Positions 12,601 through 27,600 are shown, numbered from the stretch's first letter. The stretch: 40,179 nt of DNA from Streblomastix strix (GCA_008636045.1 SNRW01000025.1:1-40179), one strand, 5' to 3'. Numbers and translations are program-made. Notes: generated from the sequence alone by a model not told the origin.

Positions 12601-15600
12601 AGGATGTTGTGATTGAAACTATTTACTCATCATTTCTTCCATCTACAGATACTCCTGGAGAAAGACGAGGGAGAAGCGATAAGAGAAAATCAAGTGTTGC
12701 AAAGAATAGGTTCGAATTATCACAAATATTTGTATTAAGAATAATAATTGAATTTGGTTAAGTTTCATTTGATGATGATGAAGATGAAGAAGATGATGAT
12801 GATAATTGATTCTTTAACAGAATTTTTGCTTGCTCTATCATCGTATCAATGTATGATGGAATTAAAGTAGTGACAAAGTTAAGAGCAGCTTTTACAACTG
12901 ATGCTGATGCAGAAGCTGATGCAATTAGTTGAGCCAGCCAAGAGAAAGGCATCAGAATTTATTATGCATTCATATTTGTTATTTCTGTCCTTTATAATTA
13001 ATTCTTTATAAACTACTTATCATTTCTCTTTTTGATTGTATATTGGCGCCAATGAGAATATGCTTATTTTATAGCTATTCTGATTTCTAAAGAAATAAAT
13101 TGGGATTCGGGTTCTTCATTTTCAGTGTTTTCTTCCTCATGTTATTCTTATTTAATAATTTTCAATTTATTTTCATTTCCTTCAACTCCTGTTGGTAAAT
13201 TAACTTCACTTTCTAGTTTATCTTCGCTGGTATTAAATCCTTCTTAAATATTCTCATATTCAACAAGAGCTTCTTCAAATAATGCAAATGGATTCATATT
13301 ATCTTTTTCTCCATTGTCAGTATTTTGATCTATTTTCCCTCTTTAAGATCTTGGTGCCTATGTTCTAGCAGCATTGTTTAGAATCATAAGAGTTGGTAGG
13401 ACAATATGTTGAGCTAAAGATGGAGAACGCATTTCTGGGTCTTCTTCAAGTGCTTTAAAGAGTAAACGGAATGCAAGTGCTAATTTCAGTTTCCATAATT
13501 TAAAGCTATCTTTTTACACTTCTTTTACTTTGGAAGTTAATTTTGAAGTGTGTTTTTTTGTTTCCTTCTTTTTATCTTTCTAATCTGGTATTATTTCTTT
13601 CTGTTTATCAGAAATATATGCTTCAGAGGTCCAATCAACCAAGAACTACATTTCTGTGCTGATAATTAGCCCAACATCAACAGAACGTGCATGAGCTATT
13701 GCAAAAAGAGCTTTTTCTTCGATATGTTGTATTAGCACCCATGTTGCTAACAGAGATCCCTCTGACATGGCAGATAGAACAGAACAAGCCAAATTGCGTA
13801 ACGATTGTGATGGTGAAGGAAGACCTATTTCCATCAATGCGCTCAAAAATGATGATTATGGCTTTAATTGTTGTGCATGAGATTAATTTGAATGTTTTTG
13901 TGTAGTCTATGGAATAGCTGATATTATCGCACTGATTGAAGGATCGGAGTTAATACACTAAGTAATGAATTTCAATCCAGCAAATATAAAAGAATCAGCA
14001 CAACCATAACATGATGAAGAAGAAGGCTTTGGAAGATATTAAATAAATGATTAAGATTAGGTTGTTTGTATAAGAAGCATCTGAACTAATTGAACAAAGG
14101 AATTATCAAGGGGATAAAGGGATACAAAATCTTAAGATAAAATATATTCATCTTCAAAGCTCAATCCAATCCAAGTTTAATATCTCTTCTGTTTATGTGT
14201 AGATTATGTTGATCCTATCGACATTCCTGGAGATTTCTTCGCAAAAATATGCGATTGTGTACTTCTGGGAGCTCTATAAAGAAGATATTGTTTCCTTTCA
14301 TATGATGCTAAAATTTCAATTGCTGTTCTTGTAATTGAAGCACGAAGCATACCTTCATAACTTGAAAGATGGAGTCCTACATCTTGGTCCAAGAATTAAT
14401 TGTTGGTATCTTCTTTCTCATCTTATATCTATTCATTATTTCCTTCTTTTACATCTTTATCTTTATTTGGTTTTTATAGTATCTGCTGTACCATTTATGC
14501 AATACTTTCTGAGGCCTGATCAACAACTTTCTTTACTTTAGCCAATCTATCTCTTTCTTTCTCTTCATTATCACCTTTAGAGTAAAAATCAGCGAGAGAT
14601 CTCTTTGATGCTGACAAGGAATTACATGTAGTTGTTAATTTACGACTGATTTATCCAGCTTCAGTGAAATAAAGAGCAGCCAACTTAATAATAAGTGGGT
14701 GTATGCTCTGCAAAGATAATAGACTTCTGTCACCAACAGGTTATGAAGATTATGATGATGAAGATGAAGTTGAAGAAGGAAAAACTGAATTCGAGAGTTG
14801 CATACCAAACATATCTGGTATTTGCATGAATTGAGAATAAGCCATGCCTTCATCATTCATCAATTACAACTCTCTGATCTAATTCTATTACTCTATACTA
14901 ATTGGCCCATTTCCATATATCTATTGAAGTATTGCACTTATTTTTTCTGGTCTTTATTTCTTTGAATCATTCTGCTAAATAGACTGTGAAATTGGCATTA
15001 TAAATGAACCAACACCAGAAGTAACACTGCTTTTTGACCCACCTTCCATCTCGCTCAAAGTATCAGCAACTCGACGACGTATTCGAACAAGTTCTGAGTT
15101 TAATTTGCTCTTTTCTGTTTACATTTACTCGATCTCTGCTGCAACTTTGACGCGTTCTTCTTCATTTTCAACTGGAGGAGCAGCGACAGCCCTGCGCCAA
15201 GAGAAGGATAAATCAAACTTCATGAAACGGCAGTTACCACATTCAGGGCATAATATACTATTCTATTATCCATGGTTAATATGGCGGCATTATTGGCATT
15301 AGTAAGCACTTTCCTTACAGTTTGAGCACATTCCTCTTCTATCTGTGATATGCTTGCCACAATGAGGGCAGGTAATTTTTTCTAGTATCAATGCACCAGA
15401 TCCATTTCTAAGATAATCAGATGATTAATCTTATGTTAATACCTTTGAAATACTTGCTTGAACAGGTCCCTCTACAAATTCTATTTTAAATGCAGATGCC
15501 ATAACTGGTATTGGGAAAACAATTGTGCAACTTTCAGTAGTTGATATTTATTAAGATGCATTTTGTTACTGTGAGATAATAACTTCTCCAATACGCTTCC

Positions 15601-18600
15601 AAGCAGTCTTTTTGTCTCTTAATGTAGGGAGATTGTCTGTAGTGGGTTTAGGAATAACATAAAGAATTGCTGTCTTAATGAATCTGTGAAGAAGTGGAGC
15701 ATTAGGTGATGAATCAACAGGATTCTATATTACACGACCATCAGGATATACTGTTATTGTATTACTGATGGCATATCTCCTCGTTTCAATATTCCTGAGG
15801 GAAAAGAAATGAATTTCTACAAGCTGGTTGAACTTAATAAGCATTGAGTTACTTGTGAATCTCTTTTCAGTCATAATTGCATCCTTCGGTGTAGTTGTGA
15901 AAGGTCTCTCATTAATTTTACTACAAATCTCGCATGGTTCACCATCTAGATAAAGCGATATTTCTTAATTGTTATTTGTATCACTATTTCTGCTGCTTCC
16001 TTCCGCATTTCCACCAATAATAATATTTCCTTATCTTTTGATGTATTCACGCATTGCTTCCCTTCTCTCGCTGCTATCTCCACCAATCTTCCCAATCTTC
16101 ATAAGTTCTGTTGGAGTCATTGAATCATTGTTACTGGAGTCAATAGCTAGGTATCTTCTTAGTCCATTGTACAGATGAGCGTTACTGTGTGTGGCTATGG
16201 CATTAAATTATTATGATACGAGATGTGCTACACATTCAACCATTCTCTCTATAATCAATCTGTGACTTGAGAGATGCTATCTAAGTATGGATTCATATTT
16301 TACTTGTTGATCTTTAGTGGCAAATTAATGGATATTCTCATTTTGTTTCTTGATGTATGTAAGTGTCTCTGTTGCACATTTAGTGATCAATTCAAGAAGT
16401 GGTCCACTGTTTCTCATTTTGGCATTTTCACCACATGATGATTTCCATAGAGGAGGTAATAGAAGACCTAGAAGAATAAATTTGAAAGATGGTGATTGTT
16501 AATTAGAAGAAATCTGAGTTTATAATTATTTCAATTACTATTCTGGTGACCCTTGAACTAAGTGGATCAATCCAATTGATTACTAAGTAATTTGGGAATT
16601 CAATTGTTTTCTCCATCTTCTTGTGCACAAATGGCGTAATAGAGGAATTGGCATACGTGGGTGGACGTGATGCAAAATAGGAATCAACATCGCTGAATTT
16701 TCTATTTTTGATGTGTGATCCCTCTTCAAATCGATATCAAACAGTGAATTATAATCTATTAATTGGGTTGAAAAACTAGTACTCTAATTATTATAAATTT
16801 CATTAATGTTTGGTATTGGATAGAAAGTAAGTACATCCCATAGAGCAGAAAGTAGTTATGCTGCTCCTTTTCTAACTCCTTCAATTTTTCCATCAATAAG
16901 AAGTTCATTAACAACCACTTTTATAAATTCGCGAGATGAAAGTAATATTTGAGCGAAAATAGCCGTCCAATTCAATCTTTCTGCTCCATTCCAATTATCT
17001 CTTTGTATTTAATTATTTATTTTATGTTTTCGATGTTTGTGACCTTCTTCTTTTTATTGGTTCTATTTAATCTTTTCATCAGAAAACCCAGGTGAAGATG
17101 AATCTTTTTATTTATTTAATTCATTTGTTTGCTTTTCTGCTTCGTTTCCTGTTGATGGTTTCTAAGAAGACAAACTTTCTTAATTTGATCCTGTTACAAG
17201 ACCTTTTAAAAGAATTAAGACAGATTCCATGTTCCCGTAAGGTAAGTTCTATAGAGGCCTAATTAGATGGGTATGAATATAATGTGGGTGTAGGAATATG
17301 AAAGTAGCCCAAGTAATTGTGTTATCAGTTGCTAATCGTTATAAGAATTCCAATTATTAGGTCAGAGCTATCATCTGAGTATGTCCCAATCTTAAACTTG
17401 TTGAATCAACAGAAGACATTTCTTAAAGAGGTGGAATAACTAAATAAGAATCTTCTTTCAAAATATTCAACGAATTATCTTATTATTAATTAATAGGCGA
17501 AATCTTTGCGTTTCCTGTATTAATGAATAATTGAGGACTTAGCGAAGGAATTGATTCTTATTACTTCTTTGGTAAAGATTCAAGTTATCGTGTATTATTA
17601 TTTGGAGAAAGTTCAGTTGCACGTATTGTACTGACTGCCATTTCCATACCTGTATGTGTTAATAATGCAGTAGCATGTGCAATTACATTTGAGCTAGCCG
17701 AAGCACCACAGATATTCCATATAAGTGGATGTAACTCACCATAAGGACACACCAATGAACGAAACACACGATCTCTCAATTCTTAATCTGTCATATGTAA
17801 TTTATTATCATCAATGTTTTGGCTGATTTCTACGGAACTTTTATCTTCGCTAGAATTATGAGAATCTTTACTCTTCCCATTTCTATGATGTTGAATATAT
17901 CTTCTGCATTCTTTTCCTGCTTCCTCAGTCTCTTCAATATCATCACTCCATTCACTACCTTAGCCACCTCTCCAAGGTTGTTTCCATAATTTCTTATATT
18001 AATTATCGGGTTTATTTTTATCTGTTTTGATGATCTATTCATTATTTTTAGATGCAACTGCAAGTCTCAATAACCTTCTTTGCTATTTCCGTTCATCAGC
18101 TTCTTCAAGTCCAGACCATCCAACAATTGTTCCCAAATAGAGCATGCGAATTGAACATGTAGCTTCTCCTCTTATCAAGTCATAAAGTTTGTTTCTTCCA
18201 CCAGCAAGAGCAACAAGGACCCTCTTTCCTGCTACAGTTACACACGATGAGTGAGCTAAACTTATCACCCATCCTGCAACTTCAATTATAACACCGCCTG
18301 GAAGTCGCCAATGAGGAGGAACATAATAAAGAGATTAAAGGCTCCTAGTTTTGTTTCTCTTAGTATCTTCATCTTCTGTTATTAACGAAGATGAAATATC
18401 TTTTTACTTAACTAGAGCTTCATCACTAACTAATTTCTATTTGATTTCTGATTCATCAGAATCATTTTCATTTTCCGTTATAAATTCTACTTATTCTGAA
18501 ATACGACCACCAGTTGATATAATCTATGCCATCAATCTCAGGCAAACAATTGTCCAAACTTCAGATAAAGATGTTGGCTACGAAGAGTAAATATGATCAA

Positions 18601-21600
18601 GATATGCAATATAATCTTAATCAAGTTATTTCTTATTGAATTACGGATTATCATCCTGTGGAAGTATCCCTTATTTAGGAATTATTTCAGATAACTTAAT
18701 TATATTCTAAGGAGATGGCAGAGTTGAAGACGTGATTTTTGCATTAGATGTGTTTTCTCCATTATTATCAGGTAATTTGATAGAAGATGAATGTGATGGT
18801 GGATTAGCAACAGGAGGTTATCCTTCTGTCATTACTTTAATGAAAGCTGATGAAACTTTATTTTCATCGTTAAATAAGTCTAAGAAAGTAATAGCATTAT
18901 GATGCATTTAAAGAGTAGGTAAAGGTTAAGAGACTATTTTACCAAGAATTATTTCATCAGCTCCATGCCCAGTGAGGAAATTATTTAGTGGAATTTTATT
19001 ATTTAATTATTATCCAATTTTTTCATTTGGAGAAATTGCATTTGTTGGGGATTATATTAATTAGGGAGAATGAGCATTTTATGAGCTTGATGAATGAGAA
19101 GGAGGAACCATCATTTGCGCATTTGATGAGTTTTGATTTGATTAATTTGATGACTCTGAATTCTGCACAGTCTAAAGAGCTGTAAGTGTGGCAACTACAC
19201 TGAGAAGGAATGAAGGAATGCCACTAATGAGGAGACCTTTCACAAAAGAAAATGAGTTCAGATCTTTTACAAATTACAGACCGCTTTGTGCACTTGATGA
19301 GGAAAGAGATCTTTATCCTATTAAACTAAACTTCAATTATTTTTGTTTATTAATAATTTTCTATTCTTCATTATCTTTTTCTGTTTACTCTGTATCCTTT
19401 TTCTCCTTTTCAACCAACTCAAATGGAATTGATTCCAGAGATGTACCTTCTCCTGTACCCAATGCTGCTACTGACATTACAGCAAGAAGCATAGTATGAA
19501 CAATTGTCCAATGATTATTTAATGCTCCTTCTTCAACAATAGAAATATGAACTCCTGCCTCTGCATATATTTATTCTTAGCTGTTATCATATGAATAATT
19601 ATTAATATCTTTTTAAGAGGAGTTTCCATCATACACTGGTTCTGAATCTGTTCCAGATATATTACGCTCTTTCTTTCTATTAGATTTATTATGTTATTAA
19701 TATTTATATTACAAATACTGTTCTTTTCCAAGAGATGGTCTACAGAAATTGAGTTGTTATGAATGTTAGATTTGTATGTGCAGTGGTGGAAGCACTGGGA
19801 ATATTATTCCAGTCTACTCACAAATAGGATAATTAATCAAACTTGTTCGGATAATTGAAGATTATTGTTGATGTTCAATAGTGGAAGGTAATATTATTGA
19901 TTTATCTAATGATATTATATCTTATTTTTCCTTTTCCTTTTCATTGTTCTGTTATTTTTCTTTCTATTCCTACAATATCTTTATTGTTTCCCATATTTCT
20001 CTTGAATGAGATAAACAATTAAACTCATTATAATCATTCTTATTAGAAGAAGTAATATAATCAATGGGAATAACAGATCCATGTCCAGTGATTATATCTG
20101 TTGTAGGATGTTTCCTTTGTATTGTACGAGAGAAGAGAATAGAAGCAATTTAAGATCTTTTCATCTCCATAACTGGATCAAGTGGGTACAGAGGATCTGT
20201 AAGAATGTTTTGCAGTAAATCAAAGATTGGCAAAAGTTGATTTGGTTCTATTTTATTCAGATTTGGTTACTATCGACTCATTCTAATCTTCTATCCTTCA
20301 GAATTATGGGATGAAGATGAATTACTATCAACCATAGAAATTAAATTATGAAGATTATGATGTCGGTTAATTAAATATTCAAAATCACAATCTTCAGCAA
20401 AATCTGATAATAAATGGACGAATATTGCATAAGGAAGTATTGAGACAGGAATTCCTAAAATTTGAGCAGAGGCACATTTCGAATACTTCGATTATGGTGG
20501 AAGTTTATAGATAACTTTACTGTCTTTAAATTCTTTCTCAATATTTTCACCAAATTATAATGGATCTTGTTAATATTAATCTTACAATTTTGGTTTTTAT
20601 ATTTTTTCTTCCTTCTTTTCAATTTTTGGAAGGTTATCAAATTTGTGATGTTTGTGAGAATGCTTTTCTTTTCCAACTTTTTAGTTTTTATTCATTTATT
20701 ATTTTTCAGATTTTTTCTCAATTTATTTTAATGCTAATTATTGGGCTTATTCAGGATCTGATGGATTGCAAACAGTCATTGAATGTGAAAACAAATGTTT
20801 TCTTTTATCTGAAATTCCCCCATCTTCAATTTCACTAGAATTATCTTCTTGGTTCTTCAAGATAGAATTCATCTCCATCAACTTTTGACACTTCTGGCAG
20901 AGATCATAATCATCACAAACATTGCAATGATATCTAATCTCCGAACATGATATTGAGTTCTCACAGTTGTTACAATCATATGAACTTTCAAACTAATTTT
21001 CATCTATCATAATGTCCTTAATAAATTTTTCTTCATCAATTTCTGGTTCAGAATGAGATGGTGTAGAATCTGATGAAGGTGATGACTATTTTGATCCATT
21101 TGTTGATACTGGTGTTGTGGATGAGTATGAAGATGGAGAGGAGGGAGAATATTGAAGCTGCTACAAAACTAAAAATTCATTTCTCGGGTCTTACTGCACT
21201 CCAATCTTCTTCCTTTTTTCTATTTTAATTGTTGAATTTGATGAAGGTTGAACATTCTCAGACTTAATATTAATATTGTTCTCTTTTATTGCTTTCTTAT
21301 TATCACTAAAATCATTCCCTTATAAATCCCCTTTTTATAATTTTTCTTCTAATAATTTATTCTATTTACTTTTCTTAGCAATAATAATTTCCTTCCTAAT
21401 CACATAAAGACTTTTATAGTTCTCTGGGTTTCCATCCCAAAAGTTTTTGTACCAATTTTTCATCAATCGTGTTAAGTTATTAACTGTTATTCTGGAAACA
21501 GTACTAATTCCACTCAGTATCAGCCATCTAAAGAATGCATAATGCCACTCTACACTACGAAGCAGCGAATTGAATAAATTAAATGAATTTATTTTTTATT

Positions 21601-24600
21601 CTTAATTTGTCTAATCCTATTATTATTATTCTGCTTATCTCTCTTTTTCTTAAATTAAAGCTTATTAGAGTGAGCAATTTGCATCAGCCCAAACAATATG
21701 AATAATTGAATCAATGATACGAGAAGCAAATAAATTTGGGAATTGGTGATTCTTGCCTCTGTTTGTGATAAAATATGAATAAAGTCGGGCAACATTAATT
21801 CCCAAAAGTCGCACATGCTCGTGAATTGATATTCCATCATACAAAGATTATTTTCCTCCTTGTTTGGTCTATCCATTCTTTAATTGTTATATTTTATTAT
21901 TATGATATTAAATAGTTTCAGACAACTCTCTCACAGATAGTATTCCGATATCTCCTAATGTAAGTATTATACGGAAGAATAGAGGTAATATATCTGCTGA
22001 TTAATATGGTCTTGATTGTTGTTGTTTAATTATAAATTTATTATCAATTATTTCAGGAAATACGAAACTTACTATTGTATTAATATGCTAAGCAAACATA
22101 GGAATAGCAGCAGGAATGAAGTATTATAGTATATGATATTTAGGGATGGTAATACTTGGATATGACCTATGCAGTGGAGTGAGTGAAAAAGTATATGTCT
22201 ATATTATATCAGATGAAACTCTGGGATCATATGAGAGTAAAGGAAGCGACTATGCAAATAGACCTCTATTAACATGAAATGCACTTGAATATTTCACAAT
22301 TTAATTTTCATTTTTGTTTATTTTTGATTTCTCATCTTAATCAACAGGTATAATTTCATCATCCTAATCTTCAGTTAATCCAAATTCTTTTGCATTTTCC
22401 AATCCAGGTCCAATCACAACAGCTGATGGAATCTTAAAATCAGTATTCTCTTTAGATTTAAATCCAAGAATATGTGTATGTTCTCCAAGTACTAATAGAG
22501 ATATTTAAGATGCAGTCAAGGCTATATCACTGACACTCCTCTTTGTTGATAGCCAAGAAAGTGGACTACATCCAGACCAATCAACAGCATGCGATATTGG
22601 ATTGATATTGTTAATCTATTTCTCAAATTATGAGTTAAAGAATTAATCTTCAATATTGATTTTTTCTGGTGCAGTTGATGGTGGAAGCATTTGCCCAAAT
22701 GGTGTGAAAGGATATAACTGATGTATAACTTATTCGTTTTATGATGTTGATGTCTTGCTTGTTTCCTTTGAAGAAATAGACTTTGCAGTTTCTGGTAAAT
22801 TAGATGAATTTATAATCTTAGCTTCTTTTAAAGAACTAATTAAAATATGATCAAAGAATGTTGTGAAACTACTTGAATGATGCCATATTCCATATGCACG
22901 AACTTTTAATTTGAATGTGAATGGTATATCACTTTCATTATCTCCTTTTAACTCTACTTTCTCAATTTCTTTTTCAGATGAAGAATTAAATGATTTGACT
23001 CGTTCATCACTATCTAACTCTTCAAACATAACTTCAATAGTATTATACTCTTCAATTTTCCCTTTACTTTCACTAGTCTCAAGTTTAAGAAGTCTGGTGA
23101 TCTCATCTCTTTTCGTGTTTATTGGTATATCAATCCATCTGGACTCATCTTTATTTAAATGCACCACACAACATTATTAACACATTACATTCAACATTGA
23201 ATGTGGTGGATGTGAAATACTTTGTGATTTCTCTGATGGAATATTAGGCTCTTTATTATCTTATGAAACAGTCTGTTAAGTGTCCTCTTATGGAATAGTT
23301 CCAAAAGCAGTGTTGGTTGCACTGTGGTTACAATAAGTCCCATGGAAACCTGAAAAACGAATGTTCATTGGTGATGAAACGGCCTTAACCCAAAGTGATG
23401 CACCTATAAAGTTGTTATTAATCTTTTCATTTCCTTAAATATCTAATACACATGAAAGTGGTTTCTTTTTATTAGATTTTGAGTCTGAGTTGGATTTTAA
23501 AGATGATTATAAATTAGTTGCTGATGCATCTTATGAAAGATCTGCAATATCAGATGTAATGTTTGAAGTCTAACTCTCGGTTATAGGCAAGGGAGGTGTA
23601 AGGAGATTATTATCTTATTTATTATCTTATTTATTATCTTATTTATTATCTTATTTATTATCTTATTTATTATCTTATTTATTATCTTATTTATTATCTT
23701 ATTTATTATCTTATTTATTATCTTGATTCTGAGTAATAATTTCTTTCTTTTCATTTTCTTATTTTTCCTTCCCATCAACTTTTTCTTTTTCTTCTTCATC
23801 ATCAAATGTTTTAACTACTCTAACTGTAATTACTTCACCAAGATTTAATAGTTTTTTCTGTTATGCTGTTAAATCAAACAATCTTTTCTTAATTTTTTCA
23901 TAATAATCATCTTCTTATAATTATTCTTTCTCTTCTCCTTTTTTCTCTTCCAAACTTTTATTTTCTTCTTTTTCTTTATCTTTCTTTGTGTCTTTTTCTT
24001 TTTCCACAAATTATTATTTTTCATCTTTCTTTAATTTCTCATCTATTTTGTTCTTCAAAATTTTCTGTAATTTTTCATTTTCAAGCGGATTTAATGCAGA
24101 ACCTTTGAATTTTGCCCATCGAGTATAATCTATAGATGATTCAAAATATCTATGAGGGAAAAAGTATATCAACGCATTGGCAGCCAAAACATTAGCGACT
24201 TTGCCTTAATTCAATAAAGTATTACTTGTTAGGTATGAATTTTGTGTCTATTAACTAATTTCTGTTGTTAATTATTACTTTTGTTATAAAACAGCTTACT
24301 AATAATTATTCAATAATCTATTAACCTCCACATGTTAATTATGGAAAAACAAAGAAGAAAGAGCCATTATATCTTTTGGAACTCCAATGTATGACACTCC
24401 CCCAACAGCATATTAAACAAGGAAGTGTTGAATTGTTGCATGATAACGATTTACAACTATTGGAAGTTGAGGAAATCCTAAAGCAATTCTTTGTTATTAA
24501 GTAGATCCTGTTTCATTAACTTTTGCTTAGATGCTTGAATCAGAAGATGAAGATGATTTCAAAGCGGACTGTGTTATAATTTCATTATTATCTTACTCTT

Positions 24601-27600
24601 CCGATCCTGAGAATATATTTGATCCTAATAATTATAACATTGGTGTTCTCGCATAAATATTATGTCTAATTGGATAATAGAGAGGTGAGAATTAGAATAA
24701 ATTCTCAACTTAATCAGCGAATGGAGCAAGATGCGATATGAAATGAGTTCTGGACACGTGAGTTGGATTGGTGAATGTTAGAGGACTCAGATGAGAAGGG
24801 AGAGAAAGGAGTATATTGATTGAACTCGACGGACTAAGAGCTCCATATTTAATATTCCTCTCTGCAACACTTCTACTTTATCCAATACTTCCAATAGGAT
24901 GTGGTGAATGCTTTGAAGGAAGTGTGAATATTGATTATGTGAGTGATGGGACTAATGAAAATGCACGAAAGCCTGCTCTATATGGATGTAATAAAGTTGG
25001 TATCCTCATTGAAGCTGGAATTACAACATCAGCAGTTATATTAGACTAATCAGAGGTAATTGCTGATTTAACATCATTATCCTTGTTAGATGTAGATATT
25101 TGTTTTGGCAATTTTATAGGCTATCCATTAGATATGTGCGAATTTAATTATGATCCTAATTATTTTATCGCTGATTTAGAATCATTTTTCTCTGTGTTCT
25201 CTTTAGGTAATATTTCTTCATTCAATTACTATGGGAGTATATGAAGTAGAGATGAAGGAAGCAGTGGACTCAAAGCGAAGAATCCCATTGATCCATCACT
25301 AGCAAGAATTACTAAGCATAAAGGAGATGAGAGAGGATGACTTAAAAGGTGTCTTATGCAGATGGCTGTTGCATCAGGTTGGGAAATGTCCAGTTTTGCT
25401 CCTTTTTCAACAGTCTGTGGCATATTTCCAGAGAATATAGATTTCCCTCCTTAAATTGAAGAGAATGAGGGCGATTTTTATCCAGATGAATTTGGCTTAC
25501 TCTTCCCTTCATAGCTTTTAATTCCTCTATAACTAGGATTGGTGCATCCAATTTCTGATCTCATTGTCATTTCATCCTCTAAAATATGTCCTGCTTCCAA
25601 TGCTTGTGGAGAAATATACACTTCTTCATCTCTATCATCTCCATTTTCATCAAATGAATCATCAGAAACTGATTAATTGGATTCTTGAGACGATTCTTCT
25701 GTTTCACTTCCTACTTGTATCTCACTTTTCAACAGATCAAAATCTCTCTCATAAATCAAACCTAATTATTTCACACGTTAAAGTTATTTTTATTTGAGAT
25801 ATTCAGCTGTGCATATATCATCTGCTGGAGATGGAGGTACCACAGCTAATGCTTCTCTAGGAAGTACCCAAGAAGTTCGAGCCTGACTCAACACATCAAT
25901 TGATCCTTTTGCTACTCTTGATCTTTTGGAGCAATATGCTGTAAATGATGGCGAGTTATATTGAATTGTGTTTGGCATTCTTGTTATTGTGGCTAATTCT
26001 TCTCGTAAGATTGGTTCACCACAACTTTCAGGCATTTCTCCTGGGTGAGAATGAAATCCATATAAATAGTCTTTATCTAATGTTTCTGTGTAAGGCGATG
26101 CAGTAAGAATTATTGTTCCTTTCTAATCAAAAGGAACTACTGCCATACCAATAATAGAAATTGCACCTGATTGAGGGAATGGCTGCATCTATTCAATTCC
26201 TTCCAATCCACAAAATTCGGGTCTATATCCAAGTTAAAGTGTTAATGGTTCTTCATCATCTGGATATAATCCAATCTAATTCTACTAAGAAGATGATGAA
26301 GATAGCACAGGTAATGATGGTTTTGTATTGGATGTTAATGAAGCTGCTTATTAAGATGTTGAATAATAAATACGAGCAAGTTTAAAAACACGCTAAGTAA
26401 GAATATTCTCATTTAAAGTATTGTTACATTCACTTTCATCAATGTCATTCTATGGACCAGATAGTGTTATCAATCGGATAGTATTGTGATGTGCTGTAAT
26501 AATAACAGGCAATCCCCACCTATACAATGTCTCTGTTAGTGTTGGTGAGAATGTTCCATTTGCAAATCCAATATATTAAACACTCTTTTTAAATTATTGT
26601 GAAGGAATTTCGTTAATAGTTTGTTTTTTAATTATATTTACTTTATTTTAACTTTGTTAAGGAGATGGAAATAGAGGAATATTAATATTATTTGTAATGG
26701 AAGTTGGACTTAATGGAGAAGCTTATGTGGGAATAATTGATTATTAGACAGGTATTGAAGATGGCTACAATTAAGATATTTGTTATTTAATTGGAGATTA
26801 TTCAATTTATTATGGAGATTATTCAATTTGTTATGGAGAATTAATTATTGAGGGAGGTGATAATTTTTATTTTTCAGAGATTTAACTTGGTTTCGGAGGA
26901 ACTAAATATGATTCTTTCATTTATACATCAATTGAAGATTATTAAAGTTAATCTTAAATTTTCGTTTTTTCAATCGAATTATCCACAATAAAAGAATTCA
27001 CAATGGAAAAAGCGTGTTAAATTGATTATTATTATATATTAATTGTAATATTCACAAGGAGACCTGTTCCAATTCCATATAATATATTCAAATGTGAAAG
27101 GCTACTATATTTGTTAGTATTACTTGCTGGGTGAACTGGGAATTAAAGAATGGAAGGTTTGATGTAATAGTCAACTAAAGGCATTGTCGATATACTATTA
27201 GATACTCCAGGATAAAATGGATCGTTAAGCTTCTTAAACACATCTTAAAAACCAAATAAGCGATTAGCTTAAACTGGAACAGATTAATTTTGAGTAGATT
27301 TAGTTTAATTATTATTTCTTTGTATATTTTTATCGTTAATACTCAATACTTCAAATTCATTCTTCTTTTCGCCCTATAATTTTGGTAATACAATATTCTA
27401 TACTAATGAATCTCTGGCAATGAATGTTGTATCAGTTCCACATATTGGTGTAGCATAGATAAACCCTTGTCCATCAACAGCCATAAGAACAAATTATCGA
27501 GTAGCAATATTAGAAAGGGTATCTTCATTATCATTATTCTAATTATTTGTTATTTCATTTTCTGGTATTGTTCTAAATCTATTTGAAGCACATTCAATTA

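Noticed and set aside
23607..23724. CRISPR-like or telomeric array
   Set aside because: The units are contiguous with no spacers, lie in frame within a eukaryotic CDS, and are not G-rich.
23581..23805. ORF with (KIIN)n repeat; likewise 39328..39585 and 38425..38634
   Set aside because: These are off-frame readings of repeats that encode QDNK, EKDQNKEQDK and poly-Asp in the true frame.
25354..25551. Protein-like alternative-frame ORF suggesting a frameshift or intron
   Set aside because: The main UBR4 frame is open across it (RSEIGCTNPSYRGIKSYEGKSKPNSSGQKSP) and is identical on both sides.
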